From: Myxococcota bacterium
Lineage (GTDB): Bacteria; Myxococcota_A; UBA9160; JAFDDA01
Length of the DNA stretch: 64,000 nucleotides
NCBI GenBank assembly: GCA_965228475.1
Contig: OZ245817.1
Location: 2,016,001-2,080,000, forward strand
Direction of reading: 5' to 3'
Shown here in pieces: positions 41,976 to 51,389 of the stretch; the stretch's first letter is position 1, and the number at the start of each line of letters is the position of its first letter. A program made the translations under genes and the position numbers. Below the pieces are notes generated by a model. It did no database searches. It was not told the origin of the DNA and saw only the letters and a list, made by a program, of their open reading frames with translations.

Positions 41976-43168
41976 GCCGCGGCCGAGCCGGGCTCGATCC
42001 CGAGCTCGGCCAGGATCGCAGCGGTCTCCACACCCACGGCATCGACGGAGTGCCGGCGTAGCGCGAACTCCCGCGAGCGCTTGCCCGCCTCCGCGAGCCG
42101 CTGCGGATCCTTCGCGAGCTGCCGGAGCGTCTCCTCGATCGACTCACCGTCGGCGTGGATCAGCGGTAGCTCGCCCGCCTCGAGCAGGCCCTGGCTCCGG
42201 TAGAGCGCCTCGAGATCCTCACGCACCCGGCAGACGACCGGTTTCCCCATCGCCATGGCCTCGAGCGCGAACATCGCGTACCAGCCGATCACCAGCTGAT
42301 CGACGACCACGTCGGCCTTCGCCATGGCGGTGCGGACCTCGTGATTGGGCACGCCCTGCAGGACCTGGAGCTCGATGGCCAGCCCTTCGGCTCGAAGGCG
42401 CTCGACGGCCCGCTCGAGGAAGGCCGTGCCTTTCAGGTTGCGGTGGTTGGGCGCATGAAGGACGCGCAAGGCCTCGTCCCCGGGCGGCGCCGGAGCGGGC
42501 GCGAAGCGGTCCGTGTCGACCGGGAAGTGGAGCAGCATCAGGCGATCCCAATGGTACAGGTAGTCGACCCAGTCGCAGCCGCCGACGATCACGTCGGACC
42601 AGCGCGTCCAGAGGTCGACCCGGGCGGCGATGCCGCGGCGCAGGAGCCGACGCCCGGGGTAGTCCTGGCCCATCGCGTGCTTGAAGGCGAGGTTCGGGCA
42701 GCGGGTCATGTCCTGGACGTCGCCGCCGTAGGGCAGCATGACCGTGCGAACGCCGGCGAGGCGGTAGAACACGGGTTCGGCTCGCCAGAGCAGCCGCGTG
42801 TTCCCGAGGGCGCCGCCCGAGAAGGCGAGGAACAGGCACCGGCAGCGGAAGATCGCCCAGACGAACAGCGCGTGGTTCGCCAGGTAGCGGAGCGGCCCCG
42901 GCCAGGCGAGAACCACGTCGAATTCGGACGTGACGTAGTAGAGGTGGTGGACGTAGGTGCAGGCGCGGTAGCCGCGGCGCCGGAGTGCCTCGCGATGGGT
43001 CGGCAGGCTGTTGATGGGCTCCGGGCCGAGGCCCACGTCGTAGGCCTTGGGAGCGAAGCGCGCGGCCAGGGCGGCGAGCACCAGGACGGGCAGCAACGCC
43101 AGATCGATCGCCAGCCCCACGGCGTCCCGGGGCCAGTCCTGGGCGGGCGTGCGGCGGGTCGCGTTCAT
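41972..43168 (-). CDS. GT-B (GT4-like) glycosyltransferase
   Basis: HAPNHRNLKGT, ADVVVDQL, ALEAMAMGKPVV. Confidence 0.82.
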   Translation of the reverse strand: MNATRRTPAQDWPRDAVGLAIDLALLPVLVLAALAARFAPKAYDVGLGPEPINSLPTHREALRRRGYRACTYVHHLYYVTSEFDVVLAWPGPLRYLANHALFVWAIFRCRCLFLAFSGGALGNTRLLWRAEPVFYRLAGVRTVMLPYGGDVQDMTRCPNLAFKHAMGQDYPGRRLLRRGIAARVDLWTRWSDVIVGGCDWVDYLYHWDRLMLLHFPVDTDRFAPAPAPPGDEALRVLHAPNHRNLKGTAFLERAVERLRAEGLAIELQVLQGVPNHEVRTAMAKADVVVDQLVIGWYAMFALEAMAMGKPVVCRVREDLEALYRSQGLLEAGELPLIHADGESIEETLRQLAKDPQRLAEAGKRSREFALRRHSVDAVGVETAAILAELGIEPGSAAA

Positions 43169-43317
43169 CGGCTCCCTCTCGAAAAGGGCCGCCGCGAGCG
43201 CGTGCTGGCGTCCCGTGACCTCGCTAAAACTATGGCTGCCCCCGGCAGGAGCGCGCGCCAGTTTCGCATGACTCAATCATTACCTCTTTCGAGGGGCTCG
43301 CGCCTCGGAGGCTCACC

Positions 43318-44943
43318 ATGAGCGCCTCTCGTCCCCTGCGCGTCCTGCACCTCGGCAACATCGCGAACAACGCGTACAACAACGCGAAGCTCCTGCGGGA
43401 GGCCGGGGTCGACTGCGACGTCCTGTGCCCGCTCTACTACCACACCATGGCCTGCCCGGAGTGGGAGGACGCGGACTTCGAGGAGCCCGTCGACGACTAC
43501 CGCCCGGCCTGGCACCGAGTCGGGCTCGGGGGTTTCGAACGCCAGGACTGGTTCGCCCAGGGCCCGATGTTGCTCTCGATCCGCTACCTGCTGGCGCGCC
43601 GGCGCGGCCACCGCGGCCGGCTCGCGGTCTACGGCTGGCTCATGAAGATGAACCTCCGGCTGCGCGCGGGCTGGTTGGGCCGGCTCGACGATCGGCTTCG
43701 GGAGATCGTCGTCGAGAACGGCGGGCCGGTCCGGGTCCGGCACCTGAGTCAGGCCGACCGGGCCCAGCTCGTGAAGGTGGCCATGGCCTCGTTCGTTCGG
43801 GCTTCCGTCATCCTCGCGAGCGGACTCGCGGCGCTGGCGCTCGCGGGAGTCCAGGTGCTCCGCGGGCAGCGGCCGGTTCGGGAACTCGCGGGCAAGCCGA
43901 GCAAGGACACGGAGGACTCGCTCGAGGCCCTCGTTCGCGAGTTCGGGCGCCGCTTCCCCGATCGCCCGGACCCGCTCACCGTGGAGGATCTGACGTTCCA
44001 CCTTCGCGACAGCCGCCTGCTCGGTGAACTGTTCGCGGAGTACGACGTCGTCCAGGCCTACTCGACCGATCCGATCTTCCCCGTGCTGGCCGGCTACCGC
44101 CCGATCGTGGCCTTCGAGCACGGGACGCTGCGCGAGATCCCCTTCGAAGAGAACCGCCGCGGGCGCTGTACGAGCCTTGCCTACGCCCTGGCCGATCACG
44201 TGCTCGTGACCAACCCCGACTGTCAGGGGCCCGCCGAGAGCCTGAATCCGGGCCGCGTCACCATGATCAATCACCCCTGGGACGAGGACCACGCCCTCGG
44301 CGTGAAGGGGGCCGAGGCGCTGCGCGAAGAGCTTCTCGGGGCCCTCGACGCGGACCATCTGATCTTCTTCCCGACCCGGCACGACTGGGTTCCCGGAACC
44401 GGTTACGCGGACAAGGCGAACGACCGTTTCTTCCGCGCGCTCTCGCGATGGACGCAGAAGACCGGGGCGCGCGTCGGTGTCGTGTGCTGCGAGTGGGGCA
44501 AGAACGTCGCCCAGAGCCGGGCGCTCATCGAGGAGCTCGGCATGACGCGTCACGTCCGCTGGTCGGCGGCGATGGGGACCGTCCGCTTCGAGCGATTCGT
44601 CCTGGCGAGCGACCTGGTCGCCGATCAGTTCGACATCGCGGGCATGGGGGGCGTCGCCTTCAAGTCGCTCTCGGCGGGACGTCCGGTCCTGATGCGCATC
44701 GACGAGGACGTCATGCGGGAGAAGTACGGTGAGGTCCCGCCGGCCCTGAACTGCCATACCGAGGAGGAAATCGTGCGGGTTCTCGATACACTGCTCGAGC
44801 CCCGCGAAGTCTGGCAGCGTCGCTGCGACGACGCGCGCAACTGGATCAAGAAACATCACGCCGGTGCGGACGTGGTCGGGAAGCAGCTCGCGATCTATTC
44901 CGAGCTGACCGACGCGCGCCCGGCGTCCGGAGCCCTCTCGTGA
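43318..44943 (+). CDS. GT-B (GT4-like) glycosyltransferase
   Basis: VLHLGNIANNAY, FEHGT, SDLVADQF, SLSAGRPV. Confidence 0.78.
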   Translation: MSASRPLRVLHLGNIANNAYNNAKLLREAGVDCDVLCPLYYHTMACPEWEDADFEEPVDDYRPAWHRVGLGGFERQDWFAQGPMLLSIRYLLARRRGHRGRLAVYGWLMKMNLRLRAGWLGRLDDRLREIVVENGGPVRVRHLSQADRAQLVKVAMASFVRASVILASGLAALALAGVQVLRGQRPVRELAGKPSKDTEDSLEALVREFGRRFPDRPDPLTVEDLTFHLRDSRLLGELFAEYDVVQAYSTDPIFPVLAGYRPIVAFEHGTLREIPFEENRRGRCTSLAYALADHVLVTNPDCQGPAESLNPGRVTMINHPWDEDHALGVKGAEALREELLGALDADHLIFFPTRHDWVPGTGYADKANDRFFRALSRWTQKTGARVGVVCCEWGKNVAQSRALIEELGMTRHVRWSAAMGTVRFERFVLASDLVADQFDIAGMGGVAFKSLSAGRPVLMRIDEDVMREKYGEVPPALNCHTEEEIVRVLDTLLEPREVWQRRCDDARNWIKKHHAGADVVGKQLAIYSELTDARPASGALS

Positions 44944-46064
44944 AGATTCAACTCGTCGAACGTCTGAAGGATCCCGTGACCCGAGAACCGCTCGCCCTCG
45001 AGGTGTACGAGCGGGAGGGGGACGAGATTCTCGAGGGCCGCCTCGACGAACCGGGCGGGTACTGGTACCCGATCACGGGCGGCGTCCCGTGCGTGATCCG
45101 CGGCGGGCTGCGCCCTCGCTTCACCGAGTTCGAGGCGCGTCACGGGCTCGATCCGGTTCCCGACGCCGATGCCTCGGAGGCCGAGGAAGAGCAGGCGGAC
45201 ACGACCTCCTCGTTCTCGGACAAGTGGCGGCGCCTGCGGAACTGGGGTCTCGACCCCGCCCAGAACGAGTTCCTGAAGGACTGGTACCGGAAGAAGTTCG
45301 GCCTGGCCGATCAGGCGGAGCTGACGTCCTTCTATGCCGGGAAGCGCCGGGTTCTCGAGTGCGGCACCGGTTCGGGGTTCCACGCGCGGAACATGTCGGA
45401 GGCGGGAGCGGGGGAGATCGTGGGTGCGGACATCAGCGCGGCCGCCCAGACGACCTACGCCAACGTGGGCTCCCTCGCGAACGTCCACATCGTGCAGGCC
45501 GACCTGATGTCGCTCCCCTTCGAGGACGAGAGCTTCGATTTCGTGGTCGCCGACGGTGTGCTCCACCACACGCCGGACACGCGCAAGGCCGTCGAGGCGC
45601 TCTATCGGAAGGTCGAGCCCGGCGGGACGTTCTTCTTCTACGTCTACAAGCGCATGGGCGCCCTGCGCGAGTTCGCCGACGACCACGTGCGCTCGGTCTT
45701 CTCGCAGCTCTCGAGCGAGGACTGCTACGAAGCCTGCGAAGCCATCACCGAGCTCGGCCGGGAGCTCTCGCGCCTCGATGCCAAGGTCACGCTCGACAAG
45801 CCGATCGACGTGCTCGGCATTCCCGCGGGTACGCACGACGTCCAGCGGCTCTTCTACTACAACGTGCTCAAGTGCTTCTGGAACGAGGAGTTCGACTTCG
45901 AGTCGAACAACATGGTGAACTTCGACTGGTACCACCCGCGCTCGGCCTGGCGGCACCACGAGGAAGAGGTGGAAGGCTGGCTGCGGGATCTCGGCGTCAC
46001 CGAGTACGCCTTCCACCCGGCGAACCCGAACGGCCACTCGGTCCTGCTGCGCAAGCCCGCCTGA
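44940..46064 (+). CDS. SAM-dependent methyltransferase with N-terminal Trm112-like segment
   Basis: LKDPVTREPL...YPITGGVP, then VLECGTGSG, DGVLHHTPD. Confidence 0.85.
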   Translation: MKIQLVERLKDPVTREPLALEVYEREGDEILEGRLDEPGGYWYPITGGVPCVIRGGLRPRFTEFEARHGLDPVPDADASEAEEEQADTTSSFSDKWRRLRNWGLDPAQNEFLKDWYRKKFGLADQAELTSFYAGKRRVLECGTGSGFHARNMSEAGAGEIVGADISAAAQTTYANVGSLANVHIVQADLMSLPFEDESFDFVVADGVLHHTPDTRKAVEALYRKVEPGGTFFFYVYKRMGALREFADDHVRSVFSQLSSEDCYEACEAITELGRELSRLDAKVTLDKPIDVLGIPAGTHDVQRLFYYNVLKCFWNEEFDFESNNMVNFDWYHPRSAWRHHEEEVEGWLRDLGVTEYAFHPANPNGHSVLLRKPA

Positions 46065-46084
46065 GGCGCGCCGAGCGTGCGGCT

Positions 46085-47227
46085 CTAGGCGCCGAGCCCT
46101 TCGCGCAGGGCGGCCAGGACGCGTTCCTGGTCCGAGGGCTTCATCTCCGGGAAGAGCGGAAGCGTGATCGTGGCATCCTCCCCGAGGACCGCGTTGGGGA
46201 AGTCTTCGGCCCGGAGCCCGTACTTGTCGCGGTAGTAGCCGAGCCGGTGGACGGCGTGGGTTCCCGGGCGCGTCTGGATGCCCTGTCCGGCCATCCAATC
46301 CATGGCCCGGTTGCGGCGCTCGCGGTCGCCGTCGCGGACGCGGATCACGTAGGACTGGTAGTTGTGCAGGCAGTGCGGGTCCACCTCGGGGGCAGCCACC
46401 TCCTCGACGTCCGCGAGCATCTCGTCGTAGCGGGCGGCGGAGACGCGACGATCCTCGAGGAGCTCGTCGAGCTTCGCCATCTGCGCAACGCCGACGGCAG
46501 AGAGGATGTCGCTCAGCCGGTAGTTGAACCCCAGGGTCTCGAAGGCGGCCATGGCGAAGGGTTGGGCGACCGCCTGTCCGTCGGGTAGCCCCGAGCCGCC
46601 GTGGCTGCGCAGACAGGAGATCTCGCGGCCCAGGGCCTCGTCGCAGGTCGTGACCATGCCGCCTTCGCCCGTGGTGATGACCTTGCGCGGGTGGAAGGAG
46701 AAACAGCCGAGGTCGCCGAAGCCTCCGACAGGGCGCCCCCGGTACTCCGACCCGACGGCGCAGGCGGCGTCTTCGATGACCCGAAGGTCGTGGCGCCGCG
46801 CGATGGCCATGATCTCGTCCATCTTGGCCGGGAGGCCGAACAGATGGACGACGATGATCGCCCGCGTCCGGGGCGTGATCGCCGCCTCGAGCGCCTCGGG
46901 CGAGAGGTTCCAGGTCTCGGTCTCCACGTCGGCGAAGACCGCCTTCGCCCCCGTGTACTCGGCCGCGTTGGCCGAGGTGATCCACGTGAGCGCCGGGACG
47001 ATCACCTCGTCCTCGGGCCCGAGGCCCGCGGCGATCGCGGACAGGTGCAGGCCGGCGGTGGCCGAGGTCACGGCGTAGGCGTGCGGCACCCGGTGACGCT
47101 CGGCGAACTGCTCCTCGAAGCGCTCGGTCATGGGCCCCTGGGTGACCCAGCCGGAGTCCAGGACCTGGCGGACGAGGTCGATCTCCGTGTCGTCGAAGCG
47201 GGGAAACGTGAGTCGGATGCGTTCCAT
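46085..47227 (-). CDS. DegT/DnrJ/EryC1/StrS PLP-dependent sugar aminotransferase
   Basis: ATG 47227; SGWVTQGP, IEDAAC, FSFHPRKVITTGEGG, GFNYRL. Confidence 0.95.
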   Translation of the reverse strand: MERIRLTFPRFDDTEIDLVRQVLDSGWVTQGPMTERFEEQFAERHRVPHAYAVTSATAGLHLSAIAAGLGPEDEVIVPALTWITSANAAEYTGAKAVFADVETETWNLSPEALEAAITPRTRAIIVVHLFGLPAKMDEIMAIARRHDLRVIEDAACAVGSEYRGRPVGGFGDLGCFSFHPRKVITTGEGGMVTTCDEALGREISCLRSHGGSGLPDGQAVAQPFAMAAFETLGFNYRLSDILSAVGVAQMAKLDELLEDRRVSAARYDEMLADVEEVAAPEVDPHCLHNYQSYVIRVRDGDRERRNRAMDWMAGQGIQTRPGTHAVHRLGYYRDKYGLRAEDFPNAVLGEDATITLPLFPEMKPSDQERVLAALREGLGA

Positions 47228-47241
47228 GCGTTTTCCTCTTC

Positions 47242-48390
47242 CTAGCGGCCGACGTATTCCGGGTGGATGATGAGCGAAGATCGCGAGTTCGCGGGGAGCT
47301 CCGCGGCGACCGAGACCATCCGGACGGCATCCACCTCCCACTCGAAGATCTCGCCCGCCTCCGTCCGGCCGCCGATCACCCAGCAATCCGTACCGGTCAG
47401 CCAGAACTGGACGTCGACGTCCCAATCGCAGAGGGGGTTCGCGAGAAGGTAGCGCCGCATCCACGGTTCCGAGCGGATGTCCGCCCCCTCCGCGTCCTCG
47501 AGGTAGGCGCGGGCGGCGGCGGCGTCCGGGCTCGCCTTGGGCCGGGCGAAGGTCCCTTCGTAGGCGAGGCCGAGGTCCTTCTCGGAGAGCGCGCCGAGGG
47601 GCAGGGCGCCTCCGTGCCCGTTCTCCACGTGACGGCGCTCGAGCAGGCGTTCTTCGAAGACCTCGTAGTTCTCGGCGCCGTGGACCGGCGCGGAGTTGTG
47701 GGCCACGGTCCCGCGGATCTGCGCACCCTGCTCGCGAAGCCACTCGATCTCGGAGCGCAGCGCGTCGGCCCCGTCGATCCCGTGCTGGAGCTCGACGCCC
47801 AGGGCATCGTTGTGCATGCCGATCTCGCAGCCGGCCACGATCATCCCGTGCACCCAATCCCGCAGCTGCGGGTTCCGCAAAAAGAGCCCATCGATGAAGG
47901 TCCCGTAGTAGGGGGCGGTGTGGAGCAGGAAGAAGCTACCGCAGATCCCCCGCTGGGCGAGGAAGCGGGCGCAGCGCAGCGCGGCGACCGGATCCGCGTC
48001 GACGTCGTGGCGGAGGCCCATGCGGGCGCGCTCGCCTTCGGCCGGTGCGAACAGATCGGCCAGCGGCACGAGGTCGATCGAGGGGAGCGCCGAGAGTTCG
48101 TCGATGACGAACCGGTAGTACTGGAACGGGTTGGCGAAGGGGTCGTAGTTGCGCTGGACCTGGGAGAGATAGTCGCGAAGGTCGGGAGCGTCGGTGCTGC
48201 TGTATCCGCGGGGCCGTCCGCCGGCGCTGCGGATCTCGGCGAGGAGGCGGCGTCTTTCGAGGTGCAGCTCCTGGAGCCCGATCGCGAATTCGACGTCGCG
48301 GTTGGCGACGGCGCGCACGGCCGCGCGGGCCGGGGAGAGGGCGCCCGAGTACCAGAGCCGCTTGACCAGCGCGCGCACCCGGTCCTTCAC
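47242..48390 (-). CDS. Polysaccharide deacetylase-like (NodB/WbmS-like) protein
   Basis: GTG 48390; LRHDVD, EIGMH, VAHN and C-terminal LIIHPEY, consistent with a CE4-like fold. Confidence 0.6.
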   Translation of the reverse strand: MKDRVRALVKRLWYSGALSPARAAVRAVANRDVEFAIGLQELHLERRRLLAEIRSAGGRPRGYSSTDAPDLRDYLSQVQRNYDPFANPFQYYRFVIDELSALPSIDLVPLADLFAPAEGERARMGLRHDVDADPVAALRCARFLAQRGICGSFFLLHTAPYYGTFIDGLFLRNPQLRDWVHGMIVAGCEIGMHNDALGVELQHGIDGADALRSEIEWLREQGAQIRGTVAHNSAPVHGAENYEVFEERLLERRHVENGHGGALPLGALSEKDLGLAYEGTFARPKASPDAAAARAYLEDAEGADIRSEPWMRRYLLANPLCDWDVDVQFWLTGTDCWVIGGRTEAGEIFEWEVDAVRMVSVAAELPANSRSSLIIHPEYVGR

Positions 48391-49808
48391 GAAGCGGCTC
48401 CGCGCGGACTCCGTGCCCGCACCATCGTGGCGACGAAGCGCCCGGAGCCCGGCTCCCGCAGGGCTTCGGTTTCGATCTCGCGGCACCCGAGCGCCGCGAG
48501 CCGCTCGCGCAGCCGGCGTGGGGAGACGCGGTTGCGGAACGTCCCGGCCTCGGGCTCCCAGCGGTAGGTGTGCTCGGCGGCGTCCTCGTCCCAGCCGCTG
48601 CAGCCGAGGGCGACCCAGCCGTTCGAGGCGTCGACCGCCCGCTCGAGGAAGAGCTCGACGTCGAAGGTCTGCTCGAGACCCGTCGGCGATACGACGAGCT
48701 CGGCCCGGACGTCCGGGGCCGAATCCGCGCCGAGGGCGAGTTCGTGGAGCGTCGTGTCCGATTGGAAGAAGCCCGGCGGGGCCGGCGCCACGGGGATCTC
48801 GGCGTCGGCCCATGCGCGCGCCGCGGAACCGACTCGGCCGTCGGCCCTCTCGCGGGCCTCGATCCATCGCGCGAGGGACGCATCGAGCGCTTCGGCGGAG
48901 CGCTTCTCCGTCGTGCGGGGGGCGTCCGAGCGGCCGAAACCGTCGGGGCGCCAGCGTGGCCGCGTCGTGGAGAAGTAGCCGAGCCGTTCCATGCACGGAG
49001 CCGCGAACCGCTCGAACCGCCGCCGCGCGCCGCCGTCCCAGTCCGGCCAGCGCGGCGTGACGCCGGCTTCCCCGGTGCGGTCCGCCAGGGAGTTGATCCG
49101 TCGCTCGCGCTGCTGGGCCACCTGGGTGGCATCGAGGCCGCGGAGCCCGAGGAAGCGCGCGACCTCGACGATGCCTTCGGCGTCGCAGTGCGAGTAGTCG
49201 AGGGGCATCCACGCTTCGGGCGGGATCTGTCCGAGGCGCTCGCGATAGAGATCGTTGGCCGTCGCCCAGTACCAGGCGCACATCTCGTCGCGCCCGAGGG
49301 TCGGCCATTCGGCCTCGAGGGAGCTTCCGCGCAGGGGCCGGGGGCGCGAGTAGTCCGAGGTGTCGTGGGTGAGGAGGAGATTCGCCGCCGCCTCGCGGGC
49401 GCGCCGAGAGAGGCGCCCCGGATCCGGTGCTTCGCGGTAGACGCTGCCGAACATGCGGTCGTGCCAGTCGATCAGGGAGCGGACGACGTCCCGTCCATCG
49501 CGGTGCAGGAAGACGAAGCGGCAGCCGAGCCGCTCGTGCAGCGCCGGGATGAAGGGGCCGTAGGTGAGGTTCTTCTCGCCGTAGACCTCGTGCTTCTCGA
49601 GGCCGGCCGTCACACGCGGCACGATCGTGCGCTCGAGCACCGGCTTCGGGTCCCCGAGGCGCCCCTCCCAGGCGAGGCGGGATTCGACGTTGAGGTTCGG
49701 CGCGGGTTCGACGGCGCAGCAGCCGTTGCTCGCGCCGTCGAGGATGCGGGCAAGGGACGTCGAGCCGGAGCGCGCGACGGTCAACACGAAGAAGGGCTGC
49801 GGACTCAT
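48387..49808 (-). CDS. Sulfotransferase with additional C-terminal domain
   Basis: ATG 49808; 5'-PAPS loop ARSGSTSL, YGEKN, 3'-PB motif LHRDGRDVVRS. Confidence 0.82.
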   Translation of the reverse strand: MSPQPFFVLTVARSGSTSLARILDGASNGCCAVEPAPNLNVESRLAWEGRLGDPKPVLERTIVPRVTAGLEKHEVYGEKNLTYGPFIPALHERLGCRFVFLHRDGRDVVRSLIDWHDRMFGSVYREAPDPGRLSRRAREAAANLLLTHDTSDYSRPRPLRGSSLEAEWPTLGRDEMCAWYWATANDLYRERLGQIPPEAWMPLDYSHCDAEGIVEVARFLGLRGLDATQVAQQRERRINSLADRTGEAGVTPRWPDWDGGARRRFERFAAPCMERLGYFSTTRPRWRPDGFGRSDAPRTTEKRSAEALDASLARWIEARERADGRVGSAARAWADAEIPVAPAPPGFFQSDTTLHELALGADSAPDVRAELVVSPTGLEQTFDVELFLERAVDASNGWVALGCSGWDEDAAEHTYRWEPEAGTFRNRVSPRRLRERLAALGCREIETEALREPGSGRFVATMVRARSPRGAAS

Positions 49809-49827
49809 GCGCTGCGCGGCGACGCGG

Positions 49828-50622
49828 TCACGGCTTGCGGACCACGATCTCGTAGGAGTTGCGGAGGCCCTGGTACTCGGTGCGGAAGAACGGCGTGTCC
49901 TCCTCGGGCGTCCGGCCGCCCGCATGGACGCTGGCTTCCTCTCCGGCGCCCTCCACGACCAGGCCGACTTCCCGGGCGGCTTTCTCGGCATCCTCGAGCG
50001 AGACGATCCGATCGCCCCAGCGCGTCCCGTCGGCCGGAACGCCGCGTGTTTCGAGGGAGAGGGTGTTCGCGAAGGCATCGACGGCGCAGCGCCGCGGGTC
50101 GAAGTCCTCGGTCACGTTCTTGCGCTCGAGCCAATCGTGGAGGTAGCCGCCGATGTCCTTGCCGAGGACGTACGCGATCCCTCCCGGGCGAAGGGTTCGT
50201 GCGATCTCCCCCAGCAGCCGTTTCGGGTCGGAGTACTGGAGAACGCCGAAGCAGAAGGCGCCGTCGGCCGACGCGTCCTCGACGGGCAGTTCCTCGGCAC
50301 GGCCGGCCCGGAGGTCGAGGCCGGGGCGCTCGAGCAGGCCGACGATCTGTTCCAGGACGGCGAGCCGGATGGGCTCCGGTTCGATCGCCACGGTCGCCCG
50401 GTTGGTCGAGGCCAGGCACAGGCTCCACTGGCCGAAGCCACAGCCGACGTCGAGCACGCGGTCGAGGCCGGTGAGGCCGACGTTGGCGAGCCGCGCGAGG
50501 TAGCGCTCCGGAGGTGCGGAGAAGATGCGCTGGAGGAACGCGCGGTCGTTGGCGCCGAGGAACTCGTGGAGCGAGAGGCTTCGGAGCTCGTCCGGGGTCG
50601 GGAAACGAAGGGCGGAGCTCAA
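49828..50622 (-). CDS. Class I SAM-dependent methyltransferase
   Basis: TTG 50622 overlaps the upstream stop; VLDVGCGFGQW, AEELP, RTLRPGG. Confidence 0.88.
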   Translation of the reverse strand: MSSALRFPTPDELRSLSLHEFLGANDRAFLQRIFSAPPERYLARLANVGLTGLDRVLDVGCGFGQWSLCLASTNRATVAIEPEPIRLAVLEQIVGLLERPGLDLRAGRAEELPVEDASADGAFCFGVLQYSDPKRLLGEIARTLRPGGIAYVLGKDIGGYLHDWLERKNVTEDFDPRRCAVDAFANTLSLETRGVPADGTRWGDRIVSLEDAEKAAREVGLVVEGAGEEASVHAGGRTPEEDTPFFRTEYQGLRNSYEIVVRKP

Positions 50623-51389
50623 TGCGCGGCCTCCAGCGGCGCCGCCGGCGAGGCCGCTTTGGTGGGTTCGATCTCGGACAGCTTCGCAAAACGGCCTCCG
50701 GCCGCACGGTGCCTCGTCACCACCTCCCGCAGGAAGTGGAGCGAGCCGATCTCGGTCTCCGGGCACCGAAGAGGATCGAGCACCTCCGGTGCGAGCGGGC
50801 GGACGCTCGCCTCGCGCGGCAGCTCGACGGACCGCGCGTTCAGGTAGAGGCGAATCGGGTGGAAGTTCAGGACCCGCAGCCCCGGGTGCCCGAGCACGTC
50901 GTCGGCGGACCAGCCTCGGGGCAGGAGATCCGCCACCGAGTCTTCGAACAGGCACGGAATCCGGACGAGCCGCCCATCCCAGTGCCGCCAGGCCGCGAGG
51001 CGCATGCCCGAGGATCCCGGGATCAGCGTGTTCGCCTCGTGGGTGAAGCCGAACTCTCCAAAGAGGTCCAGCATCCGGCTGTTCTGGGTGAGCGAGTGGC
51101 TGCGCACGGCGCGAGCCTCGGGAAGCAGGGCTCGGAGCGCTTCGATCCGGGCGCGCATGTCGTCGCCGTCCGGGGCGGTTCCGAGGAGAAGGTCGTTGAA
51201 GTTCGGATGGGCGCCGATCTCGATCCGGGGTGCGGCGCGAAGCCGGTCGAGCGCCGGGCTCTCGTGGGTGACGAAGACCGTGGCCTCGATCCCGAGGGCC
51301 TCGATCTGGTCGACCGCGAAGTCGACGACGAAGTCCGGAGCCCAGTCGACGTCGAAGATGACGTGGCAAGTGCCAGGCGCTCCCATCAC
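50619..51389 (-). CDS. WbmS-like polysaccharide deacetylase family protein
   Basis: FDVDWAPDF, ATVFVTH, IGAHPNF, RSHSL, NFHPI. Confidence 0.75.
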   Translation of the reverse strand: MMGAPGTCHVIFDVDWAPDFVVDFAVDQIEALGIEATVFVTHESPALDRLRAAPRIEIGAHPNFNDLLLGTAPDGDDMRARIEALRALLPEARAVRSHSLTQNSRMLDLFGEFGFTHEANTLIPGSSGMRLAAWRHWDGRLVRIPCLFEDSVADLLPRGWSADDVLGHPGLRVLNFHPIRLYLNARSVELPREASVRPLAPEVLDPLRCPETEIGSLHFLREVVTRHRAAGGRFAKLSEIEPTKAASPAAPLEAAH

